Shown here one piece after another: positions 8,124 through 15,188 of a DNA stretch of 41,064 bases. Position 1 is the first letter of the stretch. Every line of letters begins with the position of its first letter. Under the pieces are notes generated by a model. The model did no database searches. It was given only the letters and a program-made list of their open reading frames with translations, and was not told where the DNA came from. The stretch is from a virus: the IMG/VR virus record IMGVR_UViG_3300046012_000660; one strand, given 5' to 3'. Both the position numbers and the translations under genes were made by a program.

Positions 8124-8885
8124 ATGATCTTATCAATCGCAACACTTCTAGACGCCGCCGGCCAATACTACACTCTCACGCCCTCTGCTCAAGCTGTTCT
8201 AAATGAACTCATTGATGGAGAAAAAAAACGTCGTGATGGGATCTTTACTAAAATCTGGTATGGGAAACTCCACTTTCAACGCAAGACGAAATATTCTGCT
8301 GAGGCCATTGAGGACGCTTGGAAGCTTCTATTAAAAAAGAAAATGATAAATATTATTCCAAGACCAGGATGTACGCATGTTTTTGAAATAAATAGTTTAG
8401 TTTATGACTTTTGCACCCAACTGCGCTTTCTTAACTTCCACATAAGTCCAAAAAAATATTTGAAAGAGGTAATGGAGGGACTTGCCGACAACCCTCTTTT
8501 CTTGGTCCATAAATATAACGCCTACAATAGGAGAAAAACTAAAAAAGTACCCCCCTCAAATCCGCAAAAAGTACCCCCTATTAGGACTTCTTCTTTAGTA
8601 GGACTTAGATCTAGAGTACGTATTAGAATACGTGCGCCAGATTCGGAATCTAAAAGAGTCCCTGAAATACCGAAAATTCTACCCATTGTGAGAAGCTTTT
8701 CGTTTTTTAATGATTACGAAAAATATCGCATCTCTCAGGACTTTGAATATGTCGACATTTTAGCAGCAAAACAAGATATGGACAACTACCAATATAAATT
8801 CTTGAAGACAATAGACTCGGAAGCTGCTTATTTTATTAATGCTCTAAATCGACAAAAAAAACGGAGAATGAGTTATGCAATTTAA
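8124..8885 (+). CDS. Putative replication initiator or winged-helix DNA-binding protein
   Basis: GGAG SD 5 nt before the ATG at 8124; the track's GTG at 8097 is less likely. The position after the switch region and the internal iteron-like repeats recall lambda O. There is no strong motif match. Confidence 0.4.
   Translation: MILSIATLLDAAGQYYTLTPSAQAVLNELIDGEKKRRDGIFTKIWYGKLHFQRKTKYSAEAIEDAWKLLLKKKMINIIPRPGCTHVFEINSLVYDFCTQLRFLNFHISPKKYLKEVMEGLADNPLFLVHKYNAYNRRKTKKVPPSNPQKVPPIRTSSLVGLRSRVRIRIRAPDSESKRVPEIPKILPIVRSFSFFNDYEKYRISQDFEYVDILAAKQDMDNYQYKFLKTIDSEAAYFINALNRQKKRRMSYAI
8542..8633. repeat. Iteron-like repeat cluster (candidate origin)
   Basis: AAAAAGTACCCCC occurs twice (8542, 8566), TAGGACTT occurs twice (8582, 8599), and the palindrome ACGTATT-AG-AATACGT lies at 8618-8633. 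All are inside the CDS. Confidence 0.45.
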
Positions 8886-9066
8886 GAACCACGAAGACCA
8901 ACAAGCATTTGAACTCTGGGCTTTTGGAAGGACTGGAGTGGATTATGAGATACAATTAATGCACACATGGAACTCAAAGCATGGGAATAAAGTTTGGATA
9001 ACTCCAAGCGAAACGATCCCACTATCCTTGAAAAAGATGTACGCGCTCTATTTGGAGTCGAAATAA
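8875..9066 (+). CDS. Hypothetical protein (63 aa)
   Basis: ORF that overlaps the end of the upstream gene. Confidence 0.45.
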   Translation: MQFKNHEDQQAFELWAFGRTGVDYEIQLMHTWNSKHGNKVWITPSETIPLSLKKMYALYLESK

Positions 9067-9461
9067 TGCTTTTTACAACTACGACCATTCCACCGCAAAT
9101 TCATCAGTATTTTACTGAAAAAATGCTATCCCTTCCAACCCCAAAGATGCGCGATGATAGCGCAACCCTTCGACGAGTTTACTTTTGGATAAAGACGAAG
9201 CTTATGAAAAAATGCGTTAAATATCCTGAATGGAAAAAAGAGTGCGAGCAATTAGAAAAACAATTTTTGGAGTTATATGAGCGGACGTTGGCTAAAGAAA
9301 AAGAGCTTGAAACAGAAAAAGGACACAAAACTCAAGAACCCTTCTACTGGATTACAGTTGCTAATAGAAGCAACCAAGCAATATTTAGAGGATTGCAACG
9401 CAACAGCAACAAGATTTCCCTCGAACTCTGGAGAAACAATGAGGTTTCGGCGGTATTCTGA
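9066..9461 (+). CDS. Hypothetical protein (131 aa)
   Basis: TAATG coupling at 9064-9068; the track's start at 8994 overlaps the previous ORF. Confidence 0.5.
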   Translation: MLFTTTTIPPQIHQYFTEKMLSLPTPKMRDDSATLRRVYFWIKTKLMKKCVKYPEWKKECEQLEKQFLELYERTLAKEKELETEKGHKTQEPFYWITVANRSNQAIFRGLQRNSNKISLELWRNNEVSAVF

Positions 9462-9512
9462 GCTTCCAGAAAAAGAATAGATGATGTATCCAAAGCCTAA
9501 AGGAGCAACTCA

Positions 9513-9644
9513 ATGACCCTTGTCCAAGCCAAGATCAAAATTAAACGATGGTGCAAAGCTGTCTTTCTAAGAAGTTCAGTTTGCCCATTCTGCAAGGAAA
9601 CGTTTAACCAAAGAAGCCATCCAAGATTTAAGAGGAAGAGATAG
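9513..9644 (+). CDS. Small basic Cys-containing protein (43 aa), absent from the ORF track
   Basis: AGGAG SD 7 nt upstream. Translation: MTLVQAKIKIKRWCKAVFLRSSVCPFCKETFNQRSHPRFKRKR. Confidence 0.45.
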   Translation: MTLVQAKIKIKRWCKAVFLRSSVCPFCKETFNQRSHPRFKRKR

Positions 9645-9806
9645 ATGGACAAAAAGATGAGAAAGCAAGTCGGGAAACCTCTTAAAAAGGCTGAAAAGCT
9701 AGTGAATAAGGCCGAGAAGGCTAACGCAAAGCTTGCCAACTATGACGAAAAGGTCAGAGATCCTATGATTGCTAAATACAAGAAGATGAAGGGCCGTTGT
9801 AAATAA
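9645..9806 (+). CDS. Small Lys-rich protein (53 aa), absent from the ORF track
   Basis: The ATG follows the previous TAG directly. Translation: MDKKMRKQVGKPLKKAEKLVNKAEKANAKLANYDEKVRDPMIAKYKKMKGRCK. Confidence 0.4.
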   Translation: MDKKMRKQVGKPLKKAEKLVNKAEKANAKLANYDEKVRDPMIAKYKKMKGRCK

Positions 9807-9862
9807 TCTACTCTGCTGCTATGGATTAATTTTAGAGACTAACTATCAACTAGGAGGTTGTT

Positions 9863-11122
9863 ATGGTTTCTAAAATAAGTATAAGTCTAATAACACTGTT
9901 CATGAGTTCTTTATTAGCTCATGATAACTATAGCCAGATTTCAATAAATGTTAACCCCTTTGAGTCAGCAGCCTCTTCTGTCAAGTTTGATCATCAATCA
10001 CATTTGTACGCTCCTAATGGGGATGTTCTTCTTCTACATTTGTCTCATTCTCCTCACCTTAAATTCTTCAAGAATGAAGTAGGATTGGGATATCGAAAGA
10101 TCTTCCCTGCTTTTGGGATGGGTCTAAATTTCTATTATATGAACATGACGAAGCCTGGTGTTTTCATTCACCAGCTAAGCCCTGGCATTGAGGTGTTTTA
10201 TAACAACTTTCAGTTTTCTTATAATACCTATCTACCCACTCAAATGAAGAAAAGCTTTAAGAAAGGAACGCTATATCACAGTCTGGTTTCTGAGTTGGGA
10301 ATTAACTATAAACCAACAAAAGACCTAATGCTGGGGCTATTGCCATTCTTTGACCATTCCAAAAAAGAGTGGGGATTGAATTCCAAGGTGACTTACACGA
10401 TCAAAGATAAGTTTGAGTTTGCCGTGTCTCCCTATCTAAAAAAATCAGGGAACGGATGCCTATTTTCTTTTGGCATTAACTTTGGTGGTGAGAAAACTAG
10501 AGCCAATCAGTCGATTCATAGATCCAATGATTTTTCTTATCTCATCGAGAAGAGGATTCCTAAGATCTATACGCTAGAGCTTAAGCCTGCTTATGCGCCA
10601 GCTCCCATAATTATGCCGGCTATACAACCTGTTATTTTACCTCCAATAGAGCAGGAAGAGGAGTCTTTGCCTAAAGAAACAATTGAAGAAAAAAGCAATA
10701 GTGCAAAACCTGTTGTAGAGCCTATAAAAATTGAAGTTCCTCCAGAAAAACCGTATTCGTGGTGGGACAATATCCCCTTTTTTAACTACAAAGGGATAGG
10801 AATAGCTCAAGAGTCTTTGCAACAACCGATCAGAATAGTAGAGCCGTTAAGCGAATCTAGCTCTTTTGAGATGTTATCCTCTGCTTCTAGAGAGTCTTCT
10901 TCGAGTAGCTGGGAATATATGAACTCAGGCTCATCGGACTTGAGTTCTTCAAGTGGAGATGAGTTTTATGAGGTACCATTTCCTTCAAATAAGTTTTATG
11001 AGCCGGAAACTTGGGAGCCATACCAACCTCCAGAGCATCATGCTTCGTCATCATTTAATGGTGGTAATGAACTGCACATCTGGGAAGATTATGTCGATGC
11101 TAAGGATGTCCTTAATCTTTAA
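9863..11122 (+). CDS. Inverse-autotransporter (intimin/invasin beta-domain)-like outer-membrane protein with a disordered C-terminal region
   Basis: Signal peptide MVSKISISLITLFMSSLLA. NEVGLGYRKIFPAFGMGLNFYYMNM...GIEVFYNNFQFSYNTYLP matches the remembered IAT beta-barrel pattern GLG.R....G.N.FYD....G.E....L..S.N.Y.P. The C-terminal 170 aa are Pro/Glu/Ser-rich. Confidence 0.55.
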   Translation: MVSKISISLITLFMSSLLAHDNYSQISINVNPFESAASSVKFDHQSHLYAPNGDVLLLHLSHSPHLKFFKNEVGLGYRKIFPAFGMGLNFYYMNMTKPGVFIHQLSPGIEVFYNNFQFSYNTYLPTQMKKSFKKGTLYHSLVSELGINYKPTKDLMLGLLPFFDHSKKEWGLNSKVTYTIKDKFEFAVSPYLKKSGNGCLFSFGINFGGEKTRANQSIHRSNDFSYLIEKRIPKIYTLELKPAYAPAPIIMPAIQPVILPPIEQEEESLPKETIEEKSNSAKPVVEPIKIEVPPEKPYSWWDNIPFFNYKGIGIAQESLQQPIRIVEPLSESSSFEMLSSASRESSSSSWEYMNSGSSDLSSSSGDEFYEVPFPSNKFYEPETWEPYQPPEHHASSSFNGGNELHIWEDYVDAKDVLNL

Positions 11123-11174
11123 TATTTGACAATTATTTTTATTATCATCATTACTGATATTCGCGAGGTATTAA

Positions 11175-12293
11175 ATGATAATCCACGGCGACTGCTTAGA
11201 TGAGATGAAGAAGATGGCGGATAACTCCATTTCAGGGATTGTAACAGATCCGCCTTATGGGTTATCATTCATGGGAAAAGGATGGGATCATGCAGTACCA
11301 GGAATTGAATATTGGAGAGAATGTTATAGAGTCCTCAAACCAGGTGGACATTTGCTTGCTATGGGAGGAACTAGAACCTTTCATCGTCAGACTTGTGCAA
11401 TCGAGGACTCAGGGTTTGAAATACGCGATTGTCTTATGTGGCTCTATGGATCAGGATTCCCTAAAAGTCACAATAACTTCGGATTCGATGGATACGGCAC
11501 AGCTCTTAAACCTGCTTATGAGCCTATTACCTTATCCATGAAACCCCTTGATGGCACATTCAAGCAGAACGCTGAGAAATGGGGTCAGGCTGGGATTAAT
11601 ATTGATGGGTGTAGGATTCCAACAACAGATAAATATTCTTATCCCAATGGAGCTGGCGGAAATGGCTTTCATGGGGGCGTAGGACGCGAACCAGATGGCA
11701 CTCGCACTGAGGATGTTCGAAGCAGTCCCAAAGGCCGCTGGCCAGCCAATGTCATATTCGATGAGGAAGCGGCGAAGATGCTCGATGAACAGAGTGGGGA
11801 GAGTAAAAGCCCTTCATTAACATCTAGAGGGAAAAGACAATCCAATTATGGGATGGGGGTGCAGTTCGATATTCCTTGTCATAATGATTCCGGCGGATCT
11901 TCCCGCTTCTTCTACTGCGCTAAGACATCATCAAAGGAAAGAAATGAGGGGTTGGAGGGTTTGCCGGATAAAGTTGGCGGGGGGATGTGCTCAACTGTTT
12001 CTGGTGATACGAGATCAGGTCACATAACGATTCAAAAGAACAACCACCCCACCGTCAAACCTCTCAAGCTCATGCGCTATCTCATCACTCTCATCATGCC
12101 ACCAAAAGACGGCATATTACTCGACCCATTCGCCGGCTCTGGGTCTACCATCATAGCAGCTCATCAATTAGGTGTTAAAGCCATTGGTATCGAAAAACAG
12201 AAAGAATATGTTGAGATTGCCAATAAAAGACTAGAATACTATATGAACACAAAAGAAGAGAAAGATTTAGATCTCTTTAGTACAGCGGTTTAG
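11175..12293 (+). CDS. Beta-class N6-adenine/N4-cytosine DNA methyltransferase (orphan)
   Basis: Motif IV DPPYG is near the N-terminus and motif I FAGSGST is near the C-terminus. GRWPANVIFD, RFFYCAK and NHPTVKPLKLMRYL are typical of phage orphan methyltransferases. Confidence 0.9.
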   Translation: MIIHGDCLDEMKKMADNSISGIVTDPPYGLSFMGKGWDHAVPGIEYWRECYRVLKPGGHLLAMGGTRTFHRQTCAIEDSGFEIRDCLMWLYGSGFPKSHNNFGFDGYGTALKPAYEPITLSMKPLDGTFKQNAEKWGQAGINIDGCRIPTTDKYSYPNGAGGNGFHGGVGREPDGTRTEDVRSSPKGRWPANVIFDEEAAKMLDEQSGESKSPSLTSRGKRQSNYGMGVQFDIPCHNDSGGSSRFFYCAKTSSKERNEGLEGLPDKVGGGMCSTVSGDTRSGHITIQKNNHPTVKPLKLMRYLITLIMPPKDGILLDPFAGSGSTIIAAHQLGVKAIGIEKQKEYVEIANKRLEYYMNTKEEKDLDLFSTAV

Positions 12294-12299
12294 AATTAT

Positions 12300-12758
12300 A
12301 TGCCACGCAAGCCTAAAGAGATAAAGAGACCTACAGGAAGACAGCCTGCCGAAATAGACTGGAAGCTGGTAGATGATTATCTAGAAGCTGGATGTGCGGG
12401 GACTGATATTGCAGCGCAATTGGGCGTTTATCCTGATACTCTTTATGAAAGATGTCAGAAAGAAAAAGGAACTACTTTCACGGCTTATTCACAACAAAAG
12501 AAACAATCTGGAGATTATTTATTAAAGAAAGCCCAATTTGATAAAGCAATTGGAAGAACTGAGCATGGGGATAATACTCTTTTAATATGGCTTGGTAAAG
12601 TACGGTTAGATCAAAAAGAAACCACCACAATCGCAGTATCGGCTGAGACAGAAAAAAACTACCGATCATTAATGGAAGATCTTGCTGAAATGCAAGCAAG
12701 TAGGCAGAATGTATCCTCAGTAAAACTAGAGGAAATAGATGAACATTCAGAATCTTGA
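12300..12758 (+). CDS. Small terminase subunit-like HTH protein
   Basis: The N-terminus ...GRQPAEIDWKLVDDYLEAGCAGTDIAAQLGVYPDTLYERC..., followed by ...LIWLGKVRL..., resembles TerS proteins. No other TerS candidate lies next to TerL. Confidence 0.45.
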   Translation: MPRKPKEIKRPTGRQPAEIDWKLVDDYLEAGCAGTDIAAQLGVYPDTLYERCQKEKGTTFTAYSQQKKQSGDYLLKKAQFDKAIGRTEHGDNTLLIWLGKVRLDQKETTTIAVSAETEKNYRSLMEDLAEMQASRQNVSSVKLEEIDEHSES

Positions 12759-13110
12759 GCTATGGATGATAGCGATATTCCAACTGCTAATGGTTGTTTG
12801 CACATGCGGTCTTGTGCGTGTGACAAAATCCCTTGGAAATGACTCAATCAATCACATCGAAAACCTCCATAATGACATTGAAAGACTACGGGTTGATCTA
12901 GATGGGAAATTCGACATTGTTAACCAATATCTTGCCGAGAATCATGAGAACATCCAGGACATTAAAGAGCGCCTCACATTCTTAGAGGCATACAATTCAT
13001 TCTCAATGGCCATACGTCCCTATGAGCCTGTTCAACCCAATCCCCGATCTGAAGCGGCGCGCGAGATGTGGAAGAGAAGGAAGCAGAAGAGCCTGGACAA
13101 GAAGGAATGA
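12739..13110 (+). CDS. Single-pass membrane protein with a coiled-coil (123 aa)
   Basis: TM helix LWMIAIFQLLMVVCTCGLV, then a heptad-like region. Confidence 0.55.
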   Translation: MNIQNLELWMIAIFQLLMVVCTCGLVRVTKSLGNDSINHIENLHNDIERLRVDLDGKFDIVNQYLAENHENIQDIKERLTFLEAYNSFSMAIRPYEPVQPNPRSEAAREMWKRRKQKSLDKKE

Positions 13111-13280
13111 CTCTCATTAAATGCGATCTCGTGGGATGCGGGAAGATGTCGGACTCGCCCAAAAGCTGGGGATATGCGATTGTAGAGGGGGAAAAGATAT
13201 GGCTTTGCCCCGATTGCGTAAAAGAGAATTGCCAGACAATTGACATTCCAGACAAGAGTATTTATATTTCACCTAGATAA
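13107..13280 (+). CDS. Mini zinc-ribbon protein (57 aa), paralogue of 23658-23801
   Basis: ATGA coupling. Contains C..C...W.YA.V....IWLCPDCVKENC. Confidence 0.5.
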   Translation: MTLIKCDLVGCGKMSDSPKSWGYAIVEGEKIWLCPDCVKENCQTIDIPDKSIYISPR

Positions 13281-13293
13281 TTGGAGAAGAAAG

Positions 13294-13497
13294 ATGTCTA
13301 AAAAGACAGATGGTCGCGATCAATGCTCCAAATGCAAGAAGCCTCTTGACGGCGGTTCAGTCTGGTTTTCTGGAGGTAAATCATTCCCGTTTTGTAGGGG
13401 CTGCGATGCTATTCTCAAGGCAGGAGCATCTATTATGATTAATGAGTTTTTAAGTGATGGAAAAAGCAATATCAATTCCGTAAGGTCACGAAAATGA
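13294..13497 (+). CDS. Small zinc-ribbon protein (67 aa)
   Basis: GGAG SD 7 nt upstream. Contains CSKC...CRGC. Confidence 0.55.
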   Translation: MSKKTDGRDQCSKCKKPLDGGSVWFSGGKSFPFCRGCDAILKAGASIMINEFLSDGKSNINSVRSRK

Positions 13498-13504
13498 TAA
13501 GAAT

Positions 13505-13672
13505 TTATTTAATAAATCCTCTAATCCAAATAAATAAACAGATCAACACAGCACAGTCTATCGCCGCTATAAATTGAGCCGTTATAATCTCTTGTGTCCC
13601 CCAATTATGTCTTGGCTTCGCTAATCTGAACTCTAAGTATCTTATAATTAAGCTTGCTAAATAATGTTTCAT
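13505..13672 (-). CDS. Small protein with a C-terminal hydrophobic helix (55 aa), absent from the ORF track
   Basis: Hand translation gives MKHYLASLIIRYLEFRLAKPRHNWGTQEIITAQFIAAIDCAVLICLFIWIRGFIK. AGGA lies 8 nt upstream. Confidence 0.4.
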   Translation of the reverse strand: MKHYLASLIIRYLEFRLAKPRHNWGTQEIITAQFIAAIDCAVLICLFIWIRGFIK

Positions 13673-13693
13673 TCAAATTGTCCTGTGTTAATC

Positions 13694-13819
13694 TTAGCTC
13701 TTTTCTTCTAAAAAGGACTCTTTCAACGGGCCGTAAACATAAATCATTTTACCATCGCATTTGAGCCAATATCTTTGGAGTAGTCCAAAGCGAAATAGCG
13801 TTTGTAATAACCATCTCAT
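13694..13819 (-). CDS. Micro-protein (41 aa), absent from the ORF track
   Basis: ATGA overlap with the upstream 66-aa gene. Translation: MRWLLQTLFRFGLLQRYWLKCDGKMIYVYGPLKESFLEEKS. Confidence 0.4.
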   Translation of the reverse strand: MRWLLQTLFRFGLLQRYWLKCDGKMIYVYGPLKESFLEEKS

Positions 13820-14016
13820 TTCATAATTCCTTTAAAAGGGGTTCCCCACAGAATCTTCAAAGAGCTTCTTCTTTCTTCGGGCGTTTGTTCAAGAGATTCA
13901 TATGCAGGACTGCACAATTTACAACACATTCGCCCTTCATAAACAGTATCGCAAGAAAACCCATTGCCCCATGGACAGAGACTGATTTCTATTGATTTTA
14001 CTTGGTCTTCTTGCAT
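13816..14016 (-). CDS. Cys-rich small protein (66 aa)
   Basis: AGGAG SD 9 nt upstream; seven Cys residues. Confidence 0.55.
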   Translation of the reverse strand: MQEDQVKSIEISLCPWGNGFSCDTVYEGRMCCKLCSPAYESLEQTPEERRSSLKILWGTPFKGIMK

Positions 14017-14093
14017 TTAAAGTAACTCCTATATATATCCCAAATTATCGTTCGCCATCGTAAATGGCTTCTCGCCGGCCGCGTTAAAGCCAA

Positions 14094-14122
14094 ATAATCG
14101 CTGACATTGCGTTACATGTCAA
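14094..14122 (-). promoter_or_regulatory. Sigma70-like promoter TTGACA-N17-GATTAT for the leftward three-gene cassette
   Basis: Read on the minus strand. The -35 is overlapped by the inverted repeat tgacat-N8-atgtca. Confidence 0.4.
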
Positions 14123-14218
14123 TCGATGTATCTGAAAACGGGCTGTAGCACGTCGGGAACTCGTTCCCTCGCCCACGGATCAATATATCACAAACGTTTA
14201 AGTCCAATAGGATTTGAA

Positions 14219-15187
14219 ATGTCAATTACGACAACTGGCAATTTAGGCCCATTGATCTTGCAAAGCTTAGCTCCTGCAATGCTCTATGTTCCTACGCCAA
14301 CAATGAACTATATTACAATTTGCGACAAAGTTTCGATGCCCTCCAATGGTGGGACGACTTGTCGCTTTATGAGACCTCGCGCATTACAACCGCCCACCGT
14401 ACAGTTGGGAAACTCTGGAATTGACCCTCCAGCACAAGTGCCACAAAGAGACATCATTGATGCTCAAATGGCGTTCTTTGGAACAGGATGTATCATCAAC
14501 GAACAAGTTATTCTCCAAGACCAAGAAGGCGTACTAGCCTGGGTATCTGAGAGATTGGCTGTTGCGATGAGACAGGCTGAAGACCTTATCCTCCGCGACT
14601 ACATAATTTCTGCTGCGTCGGAAATTAATGCAGGCGGCGGAAATAACGGCGACAATCCTACGAATTTAGGACTGTCAGATTTCAGCTTAGTTGCGACTAC
14701 ACTTGACACCAACAATGCCTATAAATTTATGGCGGGTATTCTTGGCGAGGATCGCTATGGATCTGGCCCGATTCGTTCATCTTATTTCATGCTAAGTTCT
14801 ACAGAACTTCAGTCTGATTTTGATGCGCTCGTTGGCTCTGGCGTGATCAACAACTGGAATTATCCTAATAATTCCTCAGCTCTTGCAAGCGAATGGGGTA
14901 GCGTGTTTAACGTACGAATCCTTACTAGCTCTGAAGCTCCTGTTGCTCGTGGTGCCTCTGCTAACGGAAACGACGTGTACTATAATACCGTCGCTGGAAA
15001 GCAGGCAGTAACTCACATCAATCAAGATGGATTTTCCATGAATTTGATTTATCGTGATCCTTACTATTCTGGCATTCTCGCTCAGAACGCGACACTCGCT
15101 GTTAAATTTGCTCAAGCGCAAGCTCTGACGCAAGACACTGCGATTCGTAATCTGCTCTGTACACGCTTAACCAATTTGGGGGTGTAA
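14219..15187 (+). CDS. Major capsid protein (HK97 fold, T7/N4-gp56-like)
   Basis: The internal ATG at 14219 has an upstream AGGA. The size is about 323 aa. ...RFMRPRAL..P.V.LGNSGIDPP....RDIIDAQMAFFG...I.......QDQEGVLAWVSERLAVAMRQAEDLILRDYI fits the capsid family pattern as I remember it. It is the first gene of the structural block. Confidence 0.7.
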   Translation: MSITTTGNLGPLILQSLAPAMLYVPTPTMNYITICDKVSMPSNGGTTCRFMRPRALQPPTVQLGNSGIDPPAQVPQRDIIDAQMAFFGTGCIINEQVILQDQEGVLAWVSERLAVAMRQAEDLILRDYIISAASEINAGGGNNGDNPTNLGLSDFSLVATTLDTNNAYKFMAGILGEDRYGSGPIRSSYFMLSSTELQSDFDALVGSGVINNWNYPNNSSALASEWGSVFNVRILTSSEAPVARGASANGNDVYYNTVAGKQAVTHINQDGFSMNLIYRDPYYSGILAQNATLAVKFAQAQALTQDTAIRNLLCTRLTNLGV

Positions 15188-15188
15188 C

